From Candidatus Poribacteria bacterium (GTDB taxonomy: Bacteria > Poribacteria > WGA-4E > WGA-3G), in the NCBI GenBank assembly GCA_965214095.1, contig OZ243938.1, positions 3,136,001 through 3,200,000 on the forward strand: a stretch of 64,000 bases of DNA. Reading direction: 5' to 3'. Shown here in pieces: positions 22,801-32,192 of this stretch. Positions within the stretch are counted from its first letter, which is position 1, and every line of letters begins with the position of its first letter. The position numbers and the translations under genes are program-made. Under the pieces are notes generated by a model. That model made no database searches and was not told the DNA's origin. It was given only the letters and a program-made list of their open reading frames with translations.

Positions 22801-23186
22801 ATATGGTCGCCAATGGCAAACTCTGTATATCTACCTCGATAGGCATCTTCAGTCAGGATAGTACGGTCCAATTGGATCGAGTACCGTTCACTATCAAGCT
22901 GACCTGTCCTACCTATGATCAATTCTCCGTTCTGATCAAACTCTTTCTCTTCAAGATAATGTTGGACTTCACTTCCTTCCAGAAGTTCTTTACCGAATAA
23001 ATCATAGAAGAACTTAGGTTCTTCTTCCAATCGGAATCTATCTGAGAATTTAGAGTCTCCATCAATAGTTGGCAAGAGAGGTTCTTGCGGTCCTAAGCTC
23101 TGTGCGCCACAACCGTAGAGCACAAGCACACTTAGGATACATGGTACTACAAGTAAAACATTGTATAGGCGTTTTAACTTGTTCAT
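19854..23186 (-). CDS. Large acidic lipoprotein / probable outer-membrane beta-barrel with Ca-binding DxDxDG-like motifs
   Basis: Lipobox LYGC; DVDGDG, DRDQNG, DLNNNG; amphipathic strands; C-terminal FVRAMMGF. Confidence 0.7.
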   Translation of the reverse strand: MNKLKRLYNVLLVVPCILSVLVLYGCGAQSLGPQEPLLPTIDGDSKFSDRFRLEEEPKFFYDLFGKELLEGSEVQHYLEEKEFDQNGELIIGRTGQLDSERYSIQLDRTILTEDAYRGRYTEFAIGDHIRLKPSTLFPNRYAIYKTEFDGFRWDISFSQERHLFTLINSRISNPIYLPDQNANLAPTLGRRNGLNDDAGVRHIENARLIGFRAQGLLGDIFRIGFTYVNLHKEHPERVENPLMGTVANTPPESITVVFRDDSPEDNHLYETFINTNDRRGLSPDELQNILEDRFQGGVGAAVKSMKITVITQSLEDLPAEDLAEGIEPNLLPEEKIEIDVFTDEIQPVDPSVDQIRDSVDGEWKIADGFNKMRYDLVFEQHDIDPRTVKDVVFDMIVAGDYNIAVIGTSEANLAESDADIQEWIKTEDGHIQMPYRDIIEAPGNYGQSSDYTDNRAALLDNPAAWEGEGRPRKVQYRYGAARAALLYGLDLEGTVGNVFVRAHYSINGKYKQYPTIPKDQVGFSRVRSVIVTEDGEETTNVTVGADGLVTDPNGIPTYSEAEGERFEAMLGGDGTDVDGDGMLGRESAWFVQLKSRFGKLYLEGVLYHIDPGYTTTYLNFGANIDRDQTYTIPPSGPSLDANPWDEPHYALIEDDDDDDDWPDDIDFDNVLPRADDRDQNGILDYQEDFLIFEADPPVFTDLIDLNNNGTIDSLEDDFEPQYEYGIDREGYHLKAEYDLLDNLSLQVGWLNENEVSSRRQNDSKYLHVTYQRDIPDFGTILFQNRFVRVRDDIPDYTITLQVGELEAEQTEDELDYYNARVNTTTLQFLYTAVPNLTLETKLLVVLQKQFELDEEEAVFLDVEYDAGAELFEPDERVDFLVPDEQVRTSGDRRDFPFYPDHGINALDPGDTGLIYDINNWNLRRYPERNIRSQQVILKAKYEIPLGDLPYVDRIGEDLTLTPMVKYIWDRAFDRTAEEIGEVLNSRHFVPTDDEPVEYLRFNRRSREDVLGVRLDYQFTPKVNILGGFQYRKFTNRDKNFKNYLAVFGPDESVPIRYRPDLRKRIFEIQAINRGEWLGFNIVILAGYRRTTILLKNTTSNTTFVRAMMGF

Positions 23187-23666
23187 TAGTTTGTTATTCC
23201 TCCTTAGGAAAATTTTGATTCGAATTAGATCACCTGTCTACGTAAATCACGTTTCCTGAGTGCAGGTGTCTAACATCCGAAAAACCTTAAATACTGGAAA
23301 GAATCTATAATATTTGTAAACAAATAAAGAAAATATCCGTTATTTACTATAACAGATTATCCGTGTGAGTTAAGTAATTTCACTCACTCTCAAATACAAA
23401 CTTCTGCTTGACAGATTGAAAATATAGTTTAGCAGGAATTAGATTCATACCAAATTAAGGGGTTTTGAGAGTACACTCCACAAAACGCTTATTAAGTGTA
23501 TAAAATAACATAGATGTGATTTTCTGTCAAGTTTTTGACGAAAAAGAAAAATGCAACTGAAAAATTCTGATATATCATACCAAAATTGTCATTATTTTGC
23601 AACAAAAAACATTTTCATCAATTTATTTTTAATAGAAGTTATTTATTTGTCGTGTGAACTTGTGAT

Positions 23667-25073
23667 TTAACTACGACTGTGTTCTGTTGTTCTCTGGACA
23701 AATTCAGAGAATAAAGCAAACGTAATTCCTAAACATAACCCTACAATGCCCGATAAAATTACAATCAATTTGAATTGAGGACTCACAGGCACCTTTCTTG
23801 GAACAGCACTATCAACGATCTCAATCCCACCTTTCTGTTTAGGATTAATATCGGATTCTGCACCGATAATTTCAGATTCAAGATACCTTTTTTCAATCTC
23901 TTCCTTGATTGTACTTGCCAATTCTATTTTCGTGCGTAGTTGCGTTAGAGTATGTTGGTTTTCTGGAATTTGGTTTAGTAATTTCTGCAGTTCATCACTA
24001 ACTTCACGTAATTCTCGCTTGAGTTGAGTTACTTCGTTTTTATATCCTTCTATCAGCGGGGGCAGCTCAATCAATTGGTTCTGTATATGGGTATAATTTG
24101 CAGAAATACCGTAGGTAGTTGTAGTCGTCGTTTTCGGGGTGGTTTCAGACTGTTCCCGCAACTCATCAATTTGCGCCTCAAGTCCACTGATCTCATGCGA
24201 ACTTTTTCCTGCCTGTTCCGCATCACCAGTACGCTGAGATTCTAAGTCAATTAATTTTTCGTTCTTATATAACCAAAGCGGATTGTGGTTTTGAGTTTCG
24301 GAGATTTGTGTCTGTTTAGGAAGGTCTTTCAGTTGGATTTCAAAATGACTTAATCGCTTGCTTGCCGTATGAAGTGCTTGTTCTGAAATCCCTAAACGTT
24401 CCTGCAAGTTTAGGTGTTGTTCAAATAAACTTGCTAACATAGGGAACCAAGTTTCAGGACTATTGTTTTCGCGGATAAATGTAAGAGATTCGTCTATCAA
24501 TTTCGCTATTTCTGTATCGATTTCTTCACGTTTTTGCTCAAGAAAACTTTGCCGTCTTGCTAACCTTGTTTTTTCATTTTCACTCCGTAACGCCTGCATG
24601 TCCCGGGCGAGTTGATTAACTAATAGCGCAGCATTCCGTTCCCCACCTTCAGCTTCACTTAACTCAATCTTTAGTTCAATATAGTCAGCCTCTGGGTGTA
24701 TTTGTGCATTCAATTTGCGTTTGAGATTTCCTACACCTGGTAGGTGCTGTACACCGCCAAGTTCGTTATCCTCAAGGTTTTCAACAGCAGCGTTTAACAT
24801 AGATTCTGTTGAAAACCTTTCACTAATAGTTGCCATCTCCCTCCGATCAACACCGCCCGAGAAAACGGATTGGAACAAATTAGCAGAGGAGAAAGAAGGG
24901 GTCGTATTAGGTTGGATGAGAAGCATCTTTGTTGATGCGGAGTAGGTTTTCGGTATACGGAGAGATATAACGAGTGACGTTCCTAAAACCAATAAGGCAC
25001 TTAAGCAGATTACAAAACTGTATTTTCGTATGAATTGTAAGTAGTCACGTAACAGATCTTCTGTCTGAGGCAT
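23667..25073 (-). CDS. Wzz/GumC-type polysaccharide chain-length regulator (no kinase domain)
   Basis: N-terminal TM + PKTYSAS, long coiled coil, IVDSAVPRKVPVSP + C-terminal TM. Confidence 0.85.
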   Translation of the reverse strand: MPQTEDLLRDYLQFIRKYSFVICLSALLVLGTSLVISLRIPKTYSASTKMLLIQPNTTPSFSSANLFQSVFSGGVDRREMATISERFSTESMLNAAVENLEDNELGGVQHLPGVGNLKRKLNAQIHPEADYIELKIELSEAEGGERNAALLVNQLARDMQALRSENEKTRLARRQSFLEQKREEIDTEIAKLIDESLTFIRENNSPETWFPMLASLFEQHLNLQERLGISEQALHTASKRLSHFEIQLKDLPKQTQISETQNHNPLWLYKNEKLIDLESQRTGDAEQAGKSSHEISGLEAQIDELREQSETTPKTTTTTTYGISANYTHIQNQLIELPPLIEGYKNEVTQLKRELREVSDELQKLLNQIPENQHTLTQLRTKIELASTIKEEIEKRYLESEIIGAESDINPKQKGGIEIVDSAVPRKVPVSPQFKLIVILSGIVGLCLGITFALFSEFVQRTTEHSRS

Positions 25074-25097
25074 GAAAATAACTTTTCACCTTATTGA

Positions 25098-25658
25098 CTA
25101 TAAATTGTTGGCAATACGAATTTCTTCATCGTTAAAAGCTTCGTCATGCCATTCGGTGATACGCCATTCACCGTCTCTCTTTTCAAAGATAAACAGGTTG
25201 TCACCCTCTGCGAACCATCCAGTGAATCCACCTTCAAGGGATTCTCCATCAGCAACAAAACCTTGAATACGGTAATGATTTCGGACTTCTGCTTGATTAC
25301 CATCCTCACTGATCGCTATTTCAGGTGGAACGGAGAGTTCAATTTCAATATCTTGAAAACGACTGAAAACTCGGGTAGCAGAATCACGTTCGTCTCGGAT
25401 GTCGTCAAACTCCAGGTCATCCGTTTTATCGCCATCTGTCCCCATATCAGAAACATAACGAAACCCATCAGACCAATATGCGCTCATATAGGTCTCTACA
25501 TCTTCGGTTTCATAACCTTCTCTCCATCTCTTAATGACGCTGTTAATTGCCAAAAAGTCCTCTGGCGGTACTTGATTAACCTTATCAACATCACCGCATC
25601 CAATAAAACTCGCTAAAAGAACGAGTACACTACTAATTTTTACTAATCTCTTTAACAT
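25098..25658 (-). CDS. Lipoprotein with NTF2/SnoaL-like domain
   Basis: Lipobox FIGC; WREGYETEDVETYMSAYW, FEKRDGEWRITEW. Confidence 0.75.
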   Translation of the reverse strand: MLKRLVKISSVLVLLASFIGCGDVDKVNQVPPEDFLAINSVIKRWREGYETEDVETYMSAYWSDGFRYVSDMGTDGDKTDDLEFDDIRDERDSATRVFSRFQDIEIELSVPPEIAISEDGNQAEVRNHYRIQGFVADGESLEGGFTGWFAEGDNLFIFEKRDGEWRITEWHDEAFNDEEIRIANNL

Positions 25659-25676
25659 AATAATCTTGCCTCCAAA

Positions 25677-26246
25677 TTAAAATGTTTTGACGACTCCTAA
25701 ATAGAGCCGTGACGGTGTGATTCCAACTTGGAGTCCCAAATTTTCGATTTGTTTTGCATCCTCTTGTATAGAATTAACATGCGAATTTGCATTATAAAAA
25801 TTCGCACTTACATAAGAATCAATGATGCTATACGCCCAAATTCCGATGCCTGTATATATAAAAAACATCCTAAGTTTATACTTTTGATTTGCCTTGTCGT
25901 AACTCGCAAATACAGTCTCAGTATCATCTGGATCAAAACTTGCGGTGAGCGCGTAGTTATCATACTCCGCAGCAAACGATTGATGTGCGAAATACGCACC
26001 AACTGCTGAGCTGCTAATACCGAGTAAAATCAAACTGGCACGGAAGTAGTTGCGACTATGTATCTGTCCCCAGCCAGGAAGAAAGGTAGACCGAACCATA
26101 GTTCCAATCGGCGAAATCAGTCTTATTGATTCTTCTGATGCCGTTACCTTAATGCTGTTGTTAATATCAATACTGTTGTTAATATCATCTGCGAAACAAA
26201 ATTGTAGACTCAACAGTAAAATCAAAAGTGGCAAAAATAAACGCAT
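25677..26246 (-). CDS. DUF5683-like membrane protein
   Basis: RSTFLPGWGQ and WAYSIIDSYVSA motifs. Confidence 0.7.
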   Translation of the reverse strand: MRLFLPLLILLLSLQFCFADDINNSIDINNSIKVTASEESIRLISPIGTMVRSTFLPGWGQIHSRNYFRASLILLGISSSAVGAYFAHQSFAAEYDNYALTASFDPDDTETVFASYDKANQKYKLRMFFIYTGIGIWAYSIIDSYVSANFYNANSHVNSIQEDAKQIENLGLQVGITPSRLYLGVVKTF

Positions 26247-26370
26247 TGATTCCTTTATGGTGATTTAAAAAAATGTAAACAGTTTTAAGCATTGATATAC
26301 ATATTGGATGCCTTGCACAAAATTTGACAAGACATCCAAAGGTATTTAAATCAATTGTTTTGTCAAAATC

Positions 26371-27948
26371 TTATCTTCTTCGTTTTGACCTTTCCGATGT
26401 TCGGCTCCGAGTAGTCTTCTTATCGTCGTCGTCATCGGAACTTGAACTTGAACTTGTAGATGTTGTTGACCGAGTCCGAGAACTTGAAGACGATGAACTG
26501 CTAGCACTTGTAGGTGGTGTTCGCGACTGTGTAGATCTCGACCTTGTAATAGTAGATTGACGCTGTTTAGTACGATCAACGTTACTACTGCCAACACGAG
26601 AACTTGACGAAGTATTTGAACGGGATGAAGACGAATATGTTGATCTCCTTTGAAGTTGAGAAGATCTTTCCGATGCAGAAGAAGTCCGACTTCTACTTGT
26701 ACTCACATTAGAACGGGATTTGAGTATAAGTCTCCGTTGTCTGTCAGTTGTCTGTACCGAAGAAGGTGTGCGACTACTACTATATGTCCGGACAGCACCA
26801 GTTTGTCGTGATGTTGACCGTGCAATAGGAGAACGTTGCTTTTGAGATATAATTGAAGCACGACTTACACGTTCAGTTGATGGCGGTGCTTCCCTACGGT
26901 GATTGTCAATGACAGCCCCCACCTCAGTTTGGGTCTGAGTCCTTTGAGTCGACCTATGTGGTGTTGCCAAACGACTCCGCGTATATTGCTTACGTACGGT
27001 TTCGTGACCTGCGCTCCATCTATTTAACTGAGTCCGCTTTCTATAGACCGGCGAAACCCTACCGTATCCGTACCCCCCATAACCGTAATATGGTGAGTGG
27101 TAATATGCATATCGTGCCGGATAATAAGTGCGATAACGACCTAAGTATCCACCGTAATGTGTCCGGATTGTTAGGAAGTGATGATCGTAAATAGGATAAT
27201 TCCAACACAGATAGGAATCATATCCTGATGAATAAAAGATTGGACCATCATAGAAGTAGAGATATGTGTACTGGTTCCATGGACGCCAGCGATACGATGG
27301 TGTATAGTGTTGAATTACACGAACTTTCGGAGCTCTACGATAGGTTGAAACTTCAATATATTCAACATCAAGTTGCTCGCCACCTTCAGCAACGATATGA
27401 ACTTCCATATACCCATTGTCAACATGTCCTGCGACAGGAATCTTGATAGTTTCTGATCGGTTCTTTGCACGAAGTACAAAGGTATCACCATATCGTGTTT
27501 CAGATGCATTTTGGTCGTTATAGCCGCGTCTGGTTGCTTCACGTTTAAGATTGCGAATCCAAACTCTACCTGCTATCGGTTCATAATCGTCGTTAATCTC
27601 AAACTTGTTGGGTTCACCTTTGTATCTTATTAAGATTTCAATGGATTGTGCATTTCTCGGAATTTCAAAAAGGTAGACACCACTTGCAATGGCAAATTCA
27701 AAGTTTTCAGCATCTTGATGCGAACTTGCCCAAGCAGTGAGTCGCATACCATCTTCAAAAAGCGGGCTCCCAGTAATTGTGGCATTGCCACGTTCTATCC
27801 ATTCATCCACATCACTTGCGACCCGATGTTCGCGACTCAACCGGTCCGCATAATAGCCGTAATCGGCGTAACTCACTGCTGCTAATGTCCCGATCAGCAT
27901 GCAGCCGAGGAGTCCTGCGATTGTGATTGTAAAAATTCGTTTCAGCAT
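26371..27948 (-). CDS. Secreted protein with Tyr-rich middle and Ser/Arg-rich disordered tail
   Basis: Signal peptide, AGGA RBS, long ORF with compositional bias. Confidence 0.75.
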   Translation of the reverse strand: MLKRIFTITIAGLLGCMLIGTLAAVSYADYGYYADRLSREHRVASDVDEWIERGNATITGSPLFEDGMRLTAWASSHQDAENFEFAIASGVYLFEIPRNAQSIEILIRYKGEPNKFEINDDYEPIAGRVWIRNLKREATRRGYNDQNASETRYGDTFVLRAKNRSETIKIPVAGHVDNGYMEVHIVAEGGEQLDVEYIEVSTYRRAPKVRVIQHYTPSYRWRPWNQYTYLYFYDGPIFYSSGYDSYLCWNYPIYDHHFLTIRTHYGGYLGRYRTYYPARYAYYHSPYYGYGGYGYGRVSPVYRKRTQLNRWSAGHETVRKQYTRSRLATPHRSTQRTQTQTEVGAVIDNHRREAPPSTERVSRASIISQKQRSPIARSTSRQTGAVRTYSSSRTPSSVQTTDRQRRLILKSRSNVSTSRSRTSSASERSSQLQRRSTYSSSSRSNTSSSSRVGSSNVDRTKQRQSTITRSRSTQSRTPPTSASSSSSSSSRTRSTTSTSSSSSSDDDDDKKTTRSRTSERSKRRR

Positions 27949-28474
27949 GAGATTCCTCCAAAATAATGACCTTAAACCTTAGGAGTAAGATATTTTATAA
28001 CTTTATGATCTTTCCGATAGTATTAACCTGTATATTTCCGTGCCATGCTATGCATTTCACTTCTTATACGGTTTGCAGGTTGCTAAAAAAGCAACCAGGG
28101 GCTATCTCCCAAAGCACTTCTGAATTATCAGAAATGCGCTTAATTGTTTGCAAATATCCTGTTTTATCGTGGTTTTTGATAAAATAGGCTTGGTTATCGC
28201 CTAAAAATACCGCAAACAATGTCTAATTATTGTAACATATATCAACAAAGTTATAAAGAAATATATAGATATTTAGATACTGTTACTCAACCTTCTGTTC
28301 GTTTCTTAGTTTATCCTGTAAAGACTTAACTCTCTTTCTTAGTCTTCTGGTTTCAATTATCGTTAAATTTGTCGCAAAATACCGTATATGAGAACAGTAT
28401 ACAATTTCATACCATAATTGTCAAGTATAAATGTATCGGGGAAGCAGATGCTCCCACAAACTTGATATATTCAA

Positions 28475-29215
28475 TTATGACTTTGGTGTTAGTTTTAAAC
28501 CCCGTTTTTGAGCATGATCGCGAGCAAGGGGTGTTATGATAGCTGATTTTGTGTAAACCAACTCTTGGACATCAGATGCCAGATTCGCTATAACAGCTGC
28601 ACTAATGACAGGTAATGACACATTCACACGATTTGGTGTGCATATATCACAAACTGCCTCTGCAATCTGGTCAACTGGTACCCATTGAACGCCAAATTCC
28701 CTTAACGCGTTTACATGAACCGGTTCAATTATATCCAAAGTACGTGATTCTTTATCTACATATTTCTTTTTCGGTAGATTCTCCGATGCTGCTATGACCT
28801 GTTTCCCACAACAAAGTGCATGGTAAACCAGATAGGTACAAGGTGTATCAACTAACTTCAACGCTAACTTTCCCACCATTGGATAGGAAAGCGCGGGTAA
28901 AACAATTTGAGAATAACTTTCTATAAAAGTCGGTATATCGGTTAAATTGTTTTCCCGTAATATGTCCTCTTCATCAAACGTAGATTTTATCTGATCGAGG
29001 TTTACTACTTTAGTTGCAAGTTCGGATAGAATAATTCGAATTTTCCATCCTTCTTGCGAACATTTTTGAAACTGTTGCAGTACTTCATCCAATGGAAGTT
29101 GTGTGGCTCCAAGTATTACAAGCAGTTGCTTATCAGATTGTTGCGGGTTCCCCACATGCTCCTTAAGCACATTTTCAACAATTTTTTCGATTTGTGCGAT
29201 CTGTTCTGGTGTCAT
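28475..29215 (-). CDS. Microcompartment-associated flavoprotein with putative encapsulation peptide
   Basis: N-terminal amphipathic IEKIVENVLKE; C-terminal AIITPLARD; follows pduL. Confidence 0.72.
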   Translation of the reverse strand: MTPEQIAQIEKIVENVLKEHVGNPQQSDKQLLVILGATQLPLDEVLQQFQKCSQEGWKIRIILSELATKVVNLDQIKSTFDEEDILRENNLTDIPTFIESYSQIVLPALSYPMVGKLALKLVDTPCTYLVYHALCCGKQVIAASENLPKKKYVDKESRTLDIIEPVHVNALREFGVQWVPVDQIAEAVCDICTPNRVNVSLPVISAAVIANLASDVQELVYTKSAIITPLARDHAQKRGLKLTPKS

Positions 29216-29217
29216 AT

Positions 29218-29925
29218 TTAGTCGCGTAGCAGTTCAACGGCTTCGCCACCTTTTAGACCAGCCGCGTTGGAATCATCTGTATCCAAGTGCATCTGAAGCA
29301 CATAAGATTCATGTATTTTCGGACGAATATTTTCAAAGGTCAATGCGCGTTCACCCGGGATACGTATTTTCAACTCGTCTGTTTCTTTGATACCGAATGC
29401 TACCGCCTGTTCAGGTTTCATATGAATGTGTCTTGCAGCACAGATCGCGCCTTCTTCTAAATAGACACTGCCAACAGGACCCACGAGGGTGATCGGATCA
29501 GCACCTGCAAGGTCTCCTGAATCACGAATAGGAGGATTCAATCCGAGGCGAATTGCCTCAGTTTGTGCAACCTCTACTTGTGAATAATCTCGCACCGGAC
29601 CGAGAATACGGACATGTTCAATTGCACGCATCCGTTTTCCTACAACAGTGACTGTTTCATTCGCGGCAAACGCTTCGGGTTGATAAAGCGGCGCATATAC
29701 GGTGAGTTGATGTCCAGCACCATACAGAATTTCAAGGTCTTCTTGAGTCACGTGTGCGTGTCTGGCAGAAACACCAACGGGAATTTTCTGCTGTGCTAAA
29801 GCAACATCACAAGCACGGTTACCCGCATCACAGGTACGCAAAGCACACCCGCTGCACGATTGATTGTCGGATAATTGACTCACTACGCGACGGGTAATTA
29901 ATTTTACTAAATCTTGGTCATGCAT
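29218..29925 (-). CDS. pduL: Phosphate propanoyl/acetyltransferase PduL
   Basis: GVSARHAH, RILGPVR..SQVEV, AARHIHM, MHLDTDDSNA. Confidence 0.93.
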   Translation of the reverse strand: MHDQDLVKLITRRVVSQLSDNQSCSGCALRTCDAGNRACDVALAQQKIPVGVSARHAHVTQEDLEILYGAGHQLTVYAPLYQPEAFAANETVTVVGKRMRAIEHVRILGPVRDYSQVEVAQTEAIRLGLNPPIRDSGDLAGADPITLVGPVGSVYLEEGAICAARHIHMKPEQAVAFGIKETDELKIRIPGERALTFENIRPKIHESYVLQMHLDTDDSNAAGLKGGEAVELLRD

Positions 29926-29971
29926 CTCTATTAAGTTTTCTTTTTGAGTTCAAAGTACTCAGAAATAATGA

Positions 29972-30244
29972 TTAATTTGACAGGATAGTTTCAACTTCAG
30001 CGTGTGGTCGTGGGATCACATGCACAGAAACAACTTCACCAACGCGTGCAGCAGCTTCTGCCCCAACATCAGTTGCCGCTTTCACAGCACCGACATCCCC
30101 GCGTACCATCACTGTAACGAATCCACCACCGACTTGTTCGTAACCGACGAGTCGCACATTTGCAGCTTTAACCATAGCATCCGCTGCTTCAATACTGCCA
30201 ACTAAACCTCTCGTTTCAACTAAGCCCAATGCTTCTCCAGTCAT
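29972..30244 (-). CDS. BMC-H shell hexamer protein (EutM/PduA-like)
   Basis: [26 protein letters not shown]...[10 protein letters not shown]...VHVIPRPH. Confidence 0.96.
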   Translation of the reverse strand: MTGEALGLVETRGLVGSIEAADAMVKAANVRLVGYEQVGGGFVTVMVRGDVGAVKAATDVGAEAAARVGEVVSVHVIPRPHAEVETILSN

Positions 30245-30290
30245 ATTGATACCTATGTCCTCCTATTGTTAGACTGTTTGCAAACTATAT

Positions 30291-31193
30291 TTAAAGTATA
30301 TCAGAAATTCCTGTTTTTTTCAAGTAAAATTCAGCGAATAGTTGATAAATCCTTTCAACATCATTTTCCGCTTTGCTAATATCGTTTTCTTTCTTAAATA
30401 TCTCTGCACGCCAGAGTAAGATTGGTATGAGGGCATGTTCCTCATTACCCCAATTCTGAATTGCATCTGTTAATAAAGCAGCAGCTTGGGAATAATCGGA
30501 TTCTTGGAATTTTGGCTGCTCTAAATACCCATAAACATCTCCTCGACTGAAATAAGCAATAGCATATTTCGGTTGCAATTCTATAGATCTATTGAAGTCA
30601 TCTAAAGCAAGTTCAAGTGTTTCTTTCTTCTTGTCTGAATGTAGATGTTTTTCAAAGTATGCTCTACCACGGTTGTAGTAGGCAATCGCAGTCGGACGGT
30701 GCTCCACAACTTCTGAATAATCACTAATCGCACCATCAAAATTACCTGTTTTCAGATAACATCTACCCCGTTTTGATAGGACACCAGCATTTTTACTTCT
30801 TTTGATTGATGCAGTATAATCCGAGATCGCATTAGAGACATCATTTAAGGAGCGATGAACATCACCACGGCTTGCATAAGCATCTGCAGTATATTGCTTA
30901 AGCATTATTGTCTGTGTAAAATCAGAAATCGCTTCTTTATATTGTGCTAAGTGGTAGTAAGCCAAACCACGATTAATATAGGCTTCTGCATATTTGGGTT
31001 CAATCTCTATTGCTTGTGTCATTGCAGATATGGATTGGTAGAGTTTTCCATGCTTTAGTAATTGTGTGCCCTTGGTTAGGTGGTTTGCTGCGTTTTCGTC
31101 AACTCCTCTCAATTTATCCCATGTAACGAAGCGCGAGGCAAGAATAACGGTTAAAATCAGGATAGGAGTCATTATGTAAAACAACGCACGCAT
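30291..31193 (-). CDS. Membrane-anchored TPR-repeat protein
   Basis: AEAYINRGLAYY, AYYNRGRAY, AISDY repeats. Confidence 0.9.
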   Translation of the reverse strand: MRALFYIMTPILILTVILASRFVTWDKLRGVDENAANHLTKGTQLLKHGKLYQSISAMTQAIEIEPKYAEAYINRGLAYYHLAQYKEAISDFTQTIMLKQYTADAYASRGDVHRSLNDVSNAISDYTASIKRSKNAGVLSKRGRCYLKTGNFDGAISDYSEVVEHRPTAIAYYNRGRAYFEKHLHSDKKKETLELALDDFNRSIELQPKYAIAYFSRGDVYGYLEQPKFQESDYSQAAALLTDAIQNWGNEEHALIPILLWRAEIFKKENDISKAENDVERIYQLFAEFYLKKTGISDIL

Positions 31194-31210
31194 ACAACGA
31201 CACTCTCAGG

Positions 31211-32188
31211 CTATTCTGGATAGAGACGGTGAATGTTAACACCTAATTGGAGTTCATCAACTGAGGAATATGTTTTGGCTAAATCTATTTCGATATAGGT
31301 TTGTTGACCACGAAGACCACCATAACCTGTGGTGAAGATGAGTTGCTTACCACCGAGTCGTGCCACTCCATCCTTAATGTTTTTCTCTGGAAAATAACCG
31401 ATAGGGGTGTGCCCAACAATGAGAAATTTACCATTGAGTGCATCCAAAAAACCAGCGGTGTGTTTCTCTGAGTATCTTCCCCCAAGAACTGCATCGGGTC
31501 TGTCCCATAACATCTCATCAAGTGTGGTAGAACTTGGAGAGGTGATGTCTGCTAAACTCCTAATGGAACGTGCCGGTCCCGCGTGGACAGCAACCAATCC
31601 ATTTTTGCCCACAATTACTGTCGGAAGATTAATAAGGAAATCGTAATGTTCATCTGTCATTCGTTCAATGAAATTGAATTGTCTATAGAAACTACCGTTG
31701 ATACCGTTGTATAATACCTTAATAAAAGACTCACGATTTTGATCTGTCATTCCGTTTCTTTTCATCAAAGCGTAAGCATCAGCCGCAGCCAATTCGTGGT
31801 TTCCTCTCATATAGATGAATCTTTTCCCTTTATCTCCCAGTTGTTTCTGCAATTCCATTACGCGGTCAACTATCTGTATGTCTCCGTAAGGTGGTTTTGG
31901 ATGTTCATCAGGTTTGTAGTCAATGGAGTCACCGAGCATTATCGCGTAGACATCCTCGCCTTCTTCTATCCGTTCAACAAGTCGGGTCCGTTTCAACCAC
32001 TGATTAAAATCGTTCCAGTGTGCATGCAAATCAGATACGATGTAGACCTTGCCGTGGTCTGGTAACACGATAACATGTCCATCACGCGTTAGTTGGTCTG
32101 GATATTCTGAAATCTGTTTCGGTTGTGCAGTCACTACCATAGAAAAACAAAATAGAAAAAACGTAATCGGTAAAATGTATATGTTCAT
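31211..32188 (-). CDS. Exported calcineurin-like metallophosphoesterase
   Basis: SDLH, GDSID, GNHE, VHAG, GHT motifs; signal peptide. Confidence 0.88.
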   Translation of the reverse strand: MNIYILPITFFLFCFSMVVTAQPKQISEYPDQLTRDGHVIVLPDHGKVYIVSDLHAHWNDFNQWLKRTRLVERIEEGEDVYAIMLGDSIDYKPDEHPKPPYGDIQIVDRVMELQKQLGDKGKRFIYMRGNHELAAADAYALMKRNGMTDQNRESFIKVLYNGINGSFYRQFNFIERMTDEHYDFLINLPTVIVGKNGLVAVHAGPARSIRSLADITSPSSTTLDEMLWDRPDAVLGGRYSEKHTAGFLDALNGKFLIVGHTPIGYFPEKNIKDGVARLGGKQLIFTTGYGGLRGQQTYIEIDLAKTYSSVDELQLGVNIHRLYPE

Positions 32189-32192
32189 AAGT

